In this document: one piece after another, positions 6,201 through 15,530 of the stretch
How the letters are laid out: the number at the start of each line of letters is the position of its first letter
Position numbering within the stretch: position 1 is the stretch's first letter
Virus record (IMG/VR): IMGVR_UViG_3300032116_000064
Coordinates: 1-64,000 of that record
Origin: a virus
Length of the DNA: 64,000 nucleotides
Reading direction: 5' to 3' (one strand)
Position numbers and translations under genes: made by a program
The notes under the pieces: generated by a model
What the model was told of the DNA's origin: nothing
Databases searched by the model: none
Seen by the model: only the letters and a program-made list of their open reading frames with translations

Positions 6201-7457
6201 ATGCACGACAATATTTTATACATCGGAAGTGGCCGATCAGCAAAACTCATTGAGAAAATAGATTTATCTAAATATACTATTGTTTGTGTAAATAATGCAT
6301 GGAGACTTTTCGAGAATTCTAGATTTGACGTTTGGATTCATAGCGGAGATTTTCCTAATGAACACAGACCAAAGAATAAAAACTTTGATTTAGAAGTTAG
6401 TTATAAACAATATAGCAAATCTATTGAAAATATAGTTAATAAATTAAATTTACAATGTAAATCACCGCAGCATTACTTAGGATATACTATTTTTTTTAAT
6501 GGTTTATATTGGATTTGTGATACATTCAATCCAAAAACTATTTCATTACTAGGATTTGACCATGATTATAACCCAGAAAAAATTCAAAAATGGAACGATA
6601 ACAAAAAACCAACTCCACAAAATTCATTTTTAAAACCAAAAAATCAATCTATTAAAGATTGGTCAGAAGAATTCTTTTCTGGTATGGAATCTGATTTTTT
6701 TTATGGACATGGAACACCAGATCCACTGCGACTTGGTATGGATCACTTAAAGCAAAAAATGTCTCAAGCCTTAAATCTATTAGAAAGACTTGGAATAGAA
6801 ATTATAAACTTATCCCCAGTTAAATCTGAATTTAATGAAGTTATTCCTACAAAATTAGAAAAAAATAATATGATAATAAATGAAGTAAATAGAATAAAAA
6901 CAGAAAGCAAAATTTATAAAACTCGCGGTGGCGTTATGTCAGATACATTAAAGTCTGTAGGAACAGGCGATATTTTTGAATTTGGTGTTTTTACTGGCAA
7001 TTCCCTAAGATTTATTTCTAAGTATATGCCAAATAATAAAATATATGCATTTGATTCTTTCGAAGGACTTCCAGAGGCATGGCCAGGATCTAGAGGAGTG
7101 ACGCATAAAAAGGGACATTTCAATGTTAATGGTAATCTTCCAAAAATCGATAATTCAAATATTTCTTATGTTAAAGGTTTCTTTGAAGACACTCTTCCAT
7201 CATTTTTGCAAAACTATAATAATACCGTTTCTTTAATTCATATAGATTGCGATATATATTCATCAACTAAAACTATATTACATTATATGAAACCGTATAT
7301 AAAAAAAGATACTGTTATAATATTTGATGAACTTATTGGATATCCAGACTTTGAAATAAATGAAATAAAAGCGTGGATGGAATTCATAGATGAAACACAA
7401 TTACAATATAAATATTTGTATTCAGCTAAAGAGCAAGTATCTTTAAAAATAATATGA
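6201..7457 (+). CDS. fusion: DUF115/sialyltransferase-like glycosyltransferase domain + TylF/MycF-like SAM O-methyltransferase
   Basis: N: IGSGRS...VCVNNAW...LLGFDHDY; C: EFGVFTGNS, AFDSFEGLPEAW, VKGFFEDTL, IHIDCDIYSST, IIFDE. Confidence 0.7.
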   Translation: MHDNILYIGSGRSAKLIEKIDLSKYTIVCVNNAWRLFENSRFDVWIHSGDFPNEHRPKNKNFDLEVSYKQYSKSIENIVNKLNLQCKSPQHYLGYTIFFNGLYWICDTFNPKTISLLGFDHDYNPEKIQKWNDNKKPTPQNSFLKPKNQSIKDWSEEFFSGMESDFFYGHGTPDPLRLGMDHLKQKMSQALNLLERLGIEIINLSPVKSEFNEVIPTKLEKNNMIINEVNRIKTESKIYKTRGGVMSDTLKSVGTGDIFEFGVFTGNSLRFISKYMPNNKIYAFDSFEGLPEAWPGSRGVTHKKGHFNVNGNLPKIDNSNISYVKGFFEDTLPSFLQNYNNTVSLIHIDCDIYSSTKTILHYMKPYIKKDTVIIFDELIGYPDFEINEIKAWMEFIDETQLQYKYLYSAKEQVSLKII

Positions 7458-7816
7458 ATAAACAAGGTAAAGTTTGGGGAAATACGGTAGAGTTATTCAC
7501 CAAAAATAATGTATCTATACATAGAATAGAAATTAATAAAGGCTCTTGTTGCTCCAAACATTATCATAATTATAAATACAATACGTTTTATGTTGAAACA
7601 GGAAAGATAAAAATACAAGAGTGGAAAAATGACTATAATCTTCTAGATGAAACTATCTTATCAAAAGGAGAAATGTGTCAAGTTCCTCCAAAAAACAATC
7701 ATAGATTTATTGGGCTTGAAGACAGTATAGTATATGAAATATACCATGTGGAATTATGTGAAAAAGATATCATCAGAGAAGATGTTGGAAAGGAACAATA
7801 TGAAAACTTACAATGA
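7454..7816 (+). CDS. cupin protein (mannose-6-phosphate isomerase/sugar isomerase-like)
   Basis: KVWG...CSKHYH..K..TFYVETG...VPP...HRF.GLEDS..YE cupin motifs. Confidence 0.75.
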   Translation: MNKQGKVWGNTVELFTKNNVSIHRIEINKGSCCSKHYHNYKYNTFYVETGKIKIQEWKNDYNLLDETILSKGEMCQVPPKNNHRFIGLEDSIVYEIYHVELCEKDIIREDVGKEQYENLQ

Positions 7817-8336
7817 AATACAGGGCTGGTTTGATTATCCAAACACATTTGATTTTTTACTATCAACTATACCAGATAATGGTATCTTTGTTGAATGTGG
7901 AGCTTGGCTAGGTTCTAGTTCAGCATATCTATGCGATAAGGCTGGAGATAGGATAAAAATTTATATCGTGGATACATGGCAAGGTTCTCCAGATGAACTG
8001 GAAACTACTCATAAGCTAGCCACAGAAACAGATATCTACACAATCTTCTTAGATAATATGGGTAGTCGTAACTTTACTCCATTACGTATGGACTCTTCTC
8101 TTGCTTCTAAACAATTTGAAGATAATTCATGTGATGTTGTTTATATAGATATGACTCATTCATACGAGGCTGTTAAAAAAGATATTGAATGCTGGCTACC
8201 AAAGGTAAAAGTTGGTGGATACATTTCTGGACATGACTATGGAAATACTCACGGTGTAGTCATGGCAGTAAATGAATTTTTCAGCGGTAAGTTTAAAATA
8301 ATGGATAGCAGTTCTTGGGTAGTAAAAAAGGAATAA
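7800..8336 (+). CDS. class I SAM-dependent methyltransferase (Methyltransf_24-like)
   Basis: VECGAWLGSS, VDTWQGS, VYIDMTHSYEAVKKDI..WLPKVKVGGYISGHDY; AAGGA before ATG 7800 (track start 7734). Confidence 0.8.
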   Translation: MKTYNEIQGWFDYPNTFDFLLSTIPDNGIFVECGAWLGSSSAYLCDKAGDRIKIYIVDTWQGSPDELETTHKLATETDIYTIFLDNMGSRNFTPLRMDSSLASKQFEDNSCDVVYIDMTHSYEAVKKDIECWLPKVKVGGYISGHDYGNTHGVVMAVNEFFSGKFKIMDSSSWVVKKE

Positions 8337-8339
8337 ATT

Positions 8340-9425
8340 ATGAAGGCAATTATATTTGGAGTTACTGGGCAGGATGGAAGCCATCTAGCAGACCTACTAC
8401 TAGAGAAGAACTATCAAGTAGTTGGTGTATCACGAAGGAGCAGTACAGACAATACACAAAGAATAAAGCATATATTGAATCATTCTAGATTCCAGTTAGT
8501 CGAGGGAGACATAACAGATTCTGGTAGTGTTGCTAATGTCCTTAATAATTACGAACATGTAGATGAAGTCTACAACCTCGCTGCCCAATCTCATGTAGGA
8601 ACCTCATTTTCTCAGCCGCTGCTTACTTGGGATATTACCGGAAAAGGTTGCCTAAATATCTTACAGCATATTAAGGATTATATGCCATCGACCCGATTTT
8701 ATCAAGCCTCTTCTAGTGAAATGTTTGGGGCTTGTTATGATAGGGACCGAGAAGGAAATAAATACCAAGATGAAAATACTAAATTTTTACCACAGTCTCC
8801 ATACGCTATTGCTAAGTGTGCCGCTCATCACTCTGTTAGATTATATCGTGAAGCCTACGATTTACACGCAAGTTGTGGTATTTTATTTAATCACGAAGGC
8901 CCGAGGCGTGGCGATAACTTTGTAACCAAGAAAGTCATCAACTGGCTTGCCGATTTTGTACACTGGATGTGTGATAATAATGTAACAAATACATCGTATT
9001 TAGAATCCGACGAAAATTACATTATGTATAATGATGTGACATTTCCTAAATTAATGCTGGGCAATCTAGATTCTTATAGAGATTGGGGCTATGCTGGAGA
9101 TTATGTCGAGGCTATGTGGCTAATGCTTCAGCAAGACGATCCAGACGATTATGTGATATGCACAGAAAAAACCCACTCAATACGCGATCTACTAGATGCC
9201 AGCTTTGGTTATTTTAATATCACAAATTGGAATAAATATGTTGGTCAGGACGAAAGATACTATAGGCCAGCCGAAGTAAATTACCTTAAAGGAAAAGCAG
9301 AAAAAGCAAGAGTTAAGTTGGGATGGACTCCAAAACATGACTTTAATAGTCTTGTAAAACTTATGATAGAAGAGAAATTAAATGAAAAGTTATCGCATAA
9401 TGATAGACATATCAAATGTGTTTAG
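8340..9425 (+). CDS. gmd: GDP-mannose 4,6-dehydratase
   Basis: GVTGQDGSHLA, YNLAAQSHVGTSF, FYQASSSEMFG, PQSPYAIAK, GILFNHEGPRRG.NFVT.K, LGNLDSYRDWGYAGDYV, YRPAEV. Confidence 0.95.
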   Translation: MKAIIFGVTGQDGSHLADLLLEKNYQVVGVSRRSSTDNTQRIKHILNHSRFQLVEGDITDSGSVANVLNNYEHVDEVYNLAAQSHVGTSFSQPLLTWDITGKGCLNILQHIKDYMPSTRFYQASSSEMFGACYDRDREGNKYQDENTKFLPQSPYAIAKCAAHHSVRLYREAYDLHASCGILFNHEGPRRGDNFVTKKVINWLADFVHWMCDNNVTNTSYLESDENYIMYNDVTFPKLMLGNLDSYRDWGYAGDYVEAMWLMLQQDDPDDYVICTEKTHSIRDLLDASFGYFNITNWNKYVGQDERYYRPAEVNYLKGKAEKARVKLGWTPKHDFNSLVKLMIEEKLNEKLSHNDRHIKCV

Positions 9426-9630
9426 CAGAATAAAACACCTATTCCTTAAATCATACAATAGCCCATTTCCAACTATATTTTTGAGTGCAGATGATCCAGA
9501 TGATGCATGTTTTACAGTTCTGAATGATCTTATAAAGATTATCATGAAACAAAATTCGTCAATAGAAATGAGAATAGTTTGTATAGAAATTAGAAAAAAA
9601 TCTAGAATAGACAAAATATATCAATTATGA
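9382..9630 (+). CDS. hypothetical protein
   Basis: ORF in operon, overlapping both neighbours. Confidence 0.55.
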   Translation: MKSYRIMIDISNVFSRIKHLFLKSYNSPFPTIFLSADDPDDACFTVLNDLIKIIMKQNSSIEMRIVCIEIRKKSRIDKIYQL

Positions 9631-9887
9631 AAAGAAATTACGATAATCCCGCATACTCTGATTTTAGAAAATCCGTCTTAAAAAGAGATAAGAGAAAGTG
9701 TATGATGCCGGGATGTGGTAGAAAAACATGCTTAAATGTTCATCATATTAAGAAATGGGCTTCTGCCTCTTCTCTGAGATATGATCCAGATAATGGTATA
9801 ACACTATGTAAACAATGTCATGATTCTATAAAGGGCAAGGAAATCCATTATGAAGCTCTATTTAAGGAAATAATTAATGCAATATAA
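9627..9887 (+). CDS. HNH endonuclease (packaging-associated type)
   Basis: RD...CMMPGC...HHIK...NGITLCKQCH. Confidence 0.85.
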   Translation: MKRNYDNPAYSDFRKSVLKRDKRKCMMPGCGRKTCLNVHHIKKWASASSLRYDPDNGITLCKQCHDSIKGKEIHYEALFKEIINAI

Positions 9888-10377
9888 AGAAGCCCCTAAA
9901 TTCACTGTGATCAAAGACACAAGAGAGCAAGATGGATATTTTTTTCGTGAGTTCAATACTTGCGCTGGCATGGTCGAAGAAAAACTCGACACCGGAGACT
10001 ATTCCATAAAAGGTATGGAAGATAAGATATGCATAGAAAGAAAAGGATGTGTTGAGGAATTGGCAGTTAATCTTGGTCAAAAGAAACATGCTTTTTTAGC
10101 AGAAATAGAAAGAATGATGCCATTCCCTCATAAATTTATTGTTTTAGAATTTTCTTTGGATGATCTAATAAAGTTCCCAGATGAAACAAGAATACCAGTT
10201 AAGAACAAAGGCTCCTTAAAGATAACTGGTAAATATATGCTTAAGTGTTTGTTTGAATTTCAGTTGTACAATAATGTTCAAATACTATTTTGTGGAAATA
10301 AAACTAATGCATTTATTGCTGTTAGTAGCATACTAAAACGTGTCAATGAAATGTATACAATAGGGAGGAAAAAATGA
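9877..10377 (+). CDS. ERCC4-domain nuclease
   Basis: IKDTREQ, LDTGDYS, IERKG motifs. Confidence 0.8.
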   Translation: MQYKEAPKFTVIKDTREQDGYFFREFNTCAGMVEEKLDTGDYSIKGMEDKICIERKGCVEELAVNLGQKKHAFLAEIERMMPFPHKFIVLEFSLDDLIKFPDETRIPVKNKGSLKITGKYMLKCLFEFQLYNNVQILFCGNKTNAFIAVSSILKRVNEMYTIGRKK

Positions 10378-11018
10378 TGTCTGAACCAGAACTATTGAAA
10401 GATTTTCATGATTACGGGGCTAATATTGCCACTAGGGAAATATTTCTTCACAATCATTACCACGCCGAAGATAACCAAAACCCCGGTGTTGAATATAGAA
10501 TGTCTAATACCTTCATTAAGAACTTGAGGGCATTAGATATGAGGAGCAATGCTAATATAACTATTCATTGCCACAGTATTGGCGGTGAATGGGCTGACGG
10601 AATGGCTATTTATGATGCTATACAGATGTGTAGATCATATGTGACAATTATCATCTATGGTCAGGCTGAATCTATGAGTAGTATTTTTATGCAAGCGGCA
10701 GATTATCGTTATATGACTCCAAATTCCCATTTTATGTCTCATTATGGATCTATTGATATTAATACCGACTATCTTAGTGCTTTGAGTGAATCTGATTATC
10801 ATAGAAAAACAGCTGATACTATGTTTAATATCTATGCCGGAAGGTGTGTAGAGGGCAAGTTCTTCTATGAAAAATTTGGAAAGAAGCCAAGCGTCAAACA
10901 GGTTCGCCAATATTTAATCAGAAAACTGAAATCTGGAGATTGGTATCTCAATGCGGAAGAAACTGTATATTACGGTTTTGCTGATTCTATATTACGAAAC
11001 TGGCATTTCACAGAATGA
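10374..11018 (+). CDS. ClpP-like serine protease
   Basis: HSIGG...GMAIYDAI...GQAESMSS (Ser), FMSHYG (His), DWYLNAEE..YGFAD (Asp). Confidence 0.8.
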   Translation: MMSEPELLKDFHDYGANIATREIFLHNHYHAEDNQNPGVEYRMSNTFIKNLRALDMRSNANITIHCHSIGGEWADGMAIYDAIQMCRSYVTIIIYGQAESMSSIFMQAADYRYMTPNSHFMSHYGSIDINTDYLSALSESDYHRKTADTMFNIYAGRCVEGKFFYEKFGKKPSVKQVRQYLIRKLKSGDWYLNAEETVYYGFADSILRNWHFTE

Positions 11019-13003
11019 AAAAAGATAAGTTAAAAATTATAGATGAGGCTTGGCTTGGATTAGATGTCATAGATACAGACATTTTTAATCCAATGTCTAT
11101 CTTAAATCCTTCTGAAGACGATTTTCATCTCAAACTATCTTGGCTTATGAGTAGGCCAGAGTATTTGCCATTCTTATGTCATCAAGTATTGAATATTCAA
11201 CTACTTCCATCTCAGTCTCTCATCATCAATGAACTTTGGAATAGAAAATTCCCTATGCTTGTTGGTAGTCGAGGTCTTGGAAAATCATTTAAATTAGCTC
11301 TTTATTCTATACTTCGTGGAATGTTATTACCCAAAAGAAAAATTGTTATAGTCGGTGCAGCATTTAGACAATCAAAAGTTCTTTTTGAATATATGGAAAC
11401 TATATGGCGTAATGCCCCGTTATTAAGGGATATGTGTGATAGTAATAGTGGTCCCACTAGAGATGTTGATAGATGCACCATGAGAATTAATGAGAGTGTT
11501 ATAACATGCTTACCATTAGGTGATGGTCAAAAGATTAGAGGTCAACGTGCTAACGATATTATTGCAGACGAGTTTGCTTCTATTCCTAGGGATATATTTG
11601 AAAATGTGGTCGCAGGCTTTGCTGCTGTTAGTGCTGATCCTGTACAAAATGTTAAGAGAATGTCTGCAAAAAAGAAGGCAGCTGAATTAGGTATAGAAAT
11701 AGAAACAGAAGAAGAGAATCCAGAAATAAAAGACAATCAAATTATATTGTCTGGTACAGCATACTATGACTTTAATCACTTTGCCACATATTGGAAGAAA
11801 TGGAAATCAATAATAAAAAGTCGTGGTAATATAGCAAAACTAACTGAGGTATTTGGTGGAGAACAGCCGCCAGACACATTTGATTGGCGTCAATACTCTA
11901 TAATACGAATGCCTTATGAACTCTTACCAGTTGGGTTTATGGATGCTGACCAAGTGGCACGATCAAAAGCTACCGTTCATGCTGGTATTTATCAAATGGA
12001 ATATGGGGCTTGTTTTACTAGAGACAGTCAAGGATTCTTTAAGAGATCTCTTATAGAGTCTTGTGTTGTTGGGAATAATGAAACACCTATATTTGATTCT
12101 AAGAAGGACATAATAAAATTTGAAGCTTCTCTTATTGGCGATGTCAATAAAAGATATGTTTTTGGTGTTGACCCAGCATCTGAAGTTGATAACTTTAGTA
12201 TTACTATAATAGAGATTCATGGAGATCACAGAAGAATAGTTCATTGCTGGACTACAACTAGACAAGAACATAAAGAGAAAGTAAAAAAGGGTTATGCTCA
12301 AGAATCAGATTTCTATGCATACTGCGCCAGAAAAATTAGGGATTTAATGAGACTATTTCCATGCGTTCATATTGCTATGGATGCGCAAGGTGGTGGTGTT
12401 GCAGTTATGGAATCGTTACATGACAAAGATAAAATCAAAGATGGCGAGATGGCAATTTGGCCCACTATTGATGACGATAAGCCTAAAGATACAGATGGAG
12501 AAAGAGGATTGCATATATTAGAAATGTGTCAATTCGCTAAGTATGATTGGCTGGCAGAAGCTAATCACGGTATGAGAAAAGATTTTGAAGATAAAGTTTT
12601 GTTATTTCCATTCTTTGACTCTATAACACTTGGATTGTCAAACTCTGAGGATGGTTTAAAAAACAGAATGTTTGATACCTTAGAGGAATGTGTCATGGAT
12701 ATAGAAGAACTAAAAGATGAATTATCTATGATTCAGATGACTCAAACATCTAATGGCAGAGATAGATGGGATACTCCAGAGGTTATAGTTGGTACTGGTA
12801 AAAAGAGTAAAATGCGAAAAGATAGATATTCTGCACTTTTAATGGCAAATATGGCAGCAAGAACATTGCAGCGTACTCCAACTCCAGAAGCATATGAGTT
12901 TTATGGTGGTTTTGCTACCGGTGGCCACGTTCCAGTTAAAGAAGACGAGAAGCTTTATACTGGCCCAAGTTGGTTCTCTGATAACATGAAAGATGTGTAT
13001 TAA
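11015..13003 (+). CDS. terminase large subunit
   Basis: Walker A GSRGLGKS, RGQRANDIIADE Walker B, LSGT motif III, RNase H-like GVDPAS and MDAQGGG, KDRYSAL. Confidence 0.9.
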   Translation: MKKDKLKIIDEAWLGLDVIDTDIFNPMSILNPSEDDFHLKLSWLMSRPEYLPFLCHQVLNIQLLPSQSLIINELWNRKFPMLVGSRGLGKSFKLALYSILRGMLLPKRKIVIVGAAFRQSKVLFEYMETIWRNAPLLRDMCDSNSGPTRDVDRCTMRINESVITCLPLGDGQKIRGQRANDIIADEFASIPRDIFENVVAGFAAVSADPVQNVKRMSAKKKAAELGIEIETEEENPEIKDNQIILSGTAYYDFNHFATYWKKWKSIIKSRGNIAKLTEVFGGEQPPDTFDWRQYSIIRMPYELLPVGFMDADQVARSKATVHAGIYQMEYGACFTRDSQGFFKRSLIESCVVGNNETPIFDSKKDIIKFEASLIGDVNKRYVFGVDPASEVDNFSITIIEIHGDHRRIVHCWTTTRQEHKEKVKKGYAQESDFYAYCARKIRDLMRLFPCVHIAMDAQGGGVAVMESLHDKDKIKDGEMAIWPTIDDDKPKDTDGERGLHILEMCQFAKYDWLAEANHGMRKDFEDKVLLFPFFDSITLGLSNSEDGLKNRMFDTLEECVMDIEELKDELSMIQMTQTSNGRDRWDTPEVIVGTGKKSKMRKDRYSALLMANMAARTLQRTPTPEAYEFYGGFATGGHVPVKEDEKLYTGPSWFSDNMKDVY

Positions 13004-13042
13004 AAAGTAGCATTCCAATTACATTCCAATTAAGGAAAAACT

Positions 13043-15133
13043 ATGAGCGATGACATGATAACTTGGTCAGATGATAACTTTTCTAGCAAATCTAATGCTA
13101 TGGAAAGATTGTCTGACAATATCGATGCCTATTCTGGCTTAAATAAGTCTTCCGCCAGTAGCGCGTACAGAACTTTCATAGATATTGAACCAAATAGATC
13201 AGTTAGACCCGGTTTTAATAAGACCGATTATTATGCGTTTAGACAGACAGAATCTGTTCCAAATCAACAAAGACGCATTATAAAAATGTGCATGGATGCT
13301 TATGATAAAGTCGGTATCATTAGAAATATTATTGATCTTATGGGCGATTTTGGTAGCCAAGGCATAAGCATCGTTCATCCTAACAAAACTGTTGAAAAAT
13401 TTTATCAGCAATGGTTTAAGAGTGTAAATGGAAAAGAGAGATCAGAAAGATTCCTAAATAATCTATACAAAACTGGTAATGTCATTATGTATAGAAGCTA
13501 TGCTAATATAACATCAGATCTTGAAAAATACATGAAGTCATTAGCAAAAGATATTAGGGTAGAAGTTCCTAATATGAAGCAAAATCAAATACCGTGGAGA
13601 TATAATTTTTTTAGCCCATTGACGGTGGAACTCAAGGATGGAAAGTTATCATTGTTCATGGGTATTTCCAATTATACTTTGAATGCTGGAACATTTTTAG
13701 ATACCTTTGCTGGTGGCACAATACCAAACGATGTTCTTGATAGTTTGCCCGTTGATATTAAAAAAGCACTTCTAAATAAGGAAAAAAGAATTCCCTTAGA
13801 TTCTGAAAGATTATGCGTATTCCATTACAAAAAAGACGATTGGCAAATGTGGGCCAATCCAATGATCTACGCTATTCTAGATGATATTATTATGCTAGAA
13901 AAGATGAGATTAGCAGATATGTCAGCCTTAGATGGTGCTATATCTAACATACGTTTATGGACACTTGGAAATCTTGAGCATAAGATTTTGCCAAATAAAA
14001 CTGCAATTAACAAATTAAGAGATATTCTAGCCAGTAATGTTGGTGGTGGCACAATGGAACTTGTTTGGGGGCCAGAATTAAGTTTCAAAGAATCCAGTAG
14101 CGAAGTATACAAATTTCTAGGCTCTGAAAAGTATACCGCTGTACTAAATAGTATTTATGCTGGATTAGGTGTTCCACCAACGTTAACTGGTATGGCAAGC
14201 AATGGAGGTGGATTTACTAATAACTTCATATCCCTAAAGACATTAGTAGAAAGACTTCAATACGGTAGAGATCAGTTAATTCGATTTTGGGAAAAAGAAA
14301 TAGAGATGGTCAGACAAGCGATGGGATTTAGATATAAAGCATATATTCAATTTGATCAGATGACATTATCTGATGAAGCGGCAGAAAAAGCATTACTATT
14401 ACAGCTTGTTGATAGAGATATTATTAGTCAAGAAACTGTTCTTGAAAGATTTAAGGAGATTCCTCAAATCGAAAAGATCAGATTACAAAGAGAATTTGAA
14501 GATAGACAAGGCGAAGATACGCCCGATAAGGCTGGCCCATTTCATAACGCTAATCATAAAATGGATTTGGAAAAGATTGCTTTACAAGCAGGAAAAGTCA
14601 ATCCACAAGATGTTGGTTTAAAAACCAGTGTTCCAAAAGATATCTTAATGCCAAAGCCACCAACTCCCGGCGGCGGTTTACCCAACTCTCCAAAGCCTAG
14701 CAATCCAAATGGAAGGCCAGTTTTGAAAAAAGATAGCGGCCCAAGAAAACAAAGAACAGAAACTCCACGAAGTAAACCGGGAGTTGCAGAATTCATTTAT
14801 TGGGCTGAAGAAAGTTGGAATGAAATTTCGGATGTTCTGACTGATGCGTACCTAAATTCTAAATCTAAAAAGAATTTGAGACAACTCACAAAGTCGGAAG
14901 TAAAAGAGCTTGAAAAATTAAAAGTCGATGTTCTTACCAATTTGGATATCATGTCTGATGTAAGTGCCACTACAATAAGAGATATTTTATCAGACAATAG
15001 AAGAACCCCGTTAGCCTTTGCTAGCATTCTTAATGAAGAGAATATTAATCCAGAGTCTATGAACATAGATAAGTATAGAATGCGCGTCATAAGTTTATAT
15101 ATCCAAACACAATTAGCAGAAATGGAAGAATAA
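13043..15133 (+). CDS. portal protein (with C-terminal extension)
   Basis: Directly follows TerL; about 500-aa helical core with IYAGLGVPP.L motif, then Pro-rich linker and extra domain. Confidence 0.75.
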   Translation: MSDDMITWSDDNFSSKSNAMERLSDNIDAYSGLNKSSASSAYRTFIDIEPNRSVRPGFNKTDYYAFRQTESVPNQQRRIIKMCMDAYDKVGIIRNIIDLMGDFGSQGISIVHPNKTVEKFYQQWFKSVNGKERSERFLNNLYKTGNVIMYRSYANITSDLEKYMKSLAKDIRVEVPNMKQNQIPWRYNFFSPLTVELKDGKLSLFMGISNYTLNAGTFLDTFAGGTIPNDVLDSLPVDIKKALLNKEKRIPLDSERLCVFHYKKDDWQMWANPMIYAILDDIIMLEKMRLADMSALDGAISNIRLWTLGNLEHKILPNKTAINKLRDILASNVGGGTMELVWGPELSFKESSSEVYKFLGSEKYTAVLNSIYAGLGVPPTLTGMASNGGGFTNNFISLKTLVERLQYGRDQLIRFWEKEIEMVRQAMGFRYKAYIQFDQMTLSDEAAEKALLLQLVDRDIISQETVLERFKEIPQIEKIRLQREFEDRQGEDTPDKAGPFHNANHKMDLEKIALQAGKVNPQDVGLKTSVPKDILMPKPPTPGGGLPNSPKPSNPNGRPVLKKDSGPRKQRTETPRSKPGVAEFIYWAEESWNEISDVLTDAYLNSKSKKNLRQLTKSEVKELEKLKVDVLTNLDIMSDVSATTIRDILSDNRRTPLAFASILNEENINPESMNIDKYRMRVISLYIQTQLAEMEE

Positions 15134-15134
15134 A

Positions 15135-15530
15135 ATGGCAGCAGCTAAGTATGATTTTAATATTGAGCAGGGGTCTTCATACACACTAACTTTTATCTAC
15201 AAGAATAGTGAAGGCACTCCAATTAATATAACCAACTGGTGTGCTAGAATGCTATTGACTACTAGCGATAATCAAACAATAACTTATTCAACTGGTAATG
15301 CTAACTCTGATTATAAGATGACATTAGATGGAGTAAATGGAAAAATTGTATTGATGATTCCAGCAACTGCTACTAATAATTTCACATTTAAAAGTGCCAA
15401 GTATGATCTTGAATTAGAATCTAATGATGTTTTTTATACTCAAGGTGGAACATATGTTACCAGAGTACTTTTTGGTACTATAGCTGTAATAAAGAGAAAT
15501 AGCAAAAATTCTACCAACATGGAGTGCTAA
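15135..15530 (+). CDS. virion structural protein (BppU N-terminal-like Ig fold)
   Basis: YDFNIEQGSS...PINIT...YDLEL...VTRVLFG pattern typical of this phage family. Confidence 0.6.
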   Translation: MAAAKYDFNIEQGSSYTLTFIYKNSEGTPINITNWCARMLLTTSDNQTITYSTGNANSDYKMTLDGVNGKIVLMIPATATNNFTFKSAKYDLELESNDVFYTQGGTYVTRVLFGTIAVIKRNSKNSTNMEC

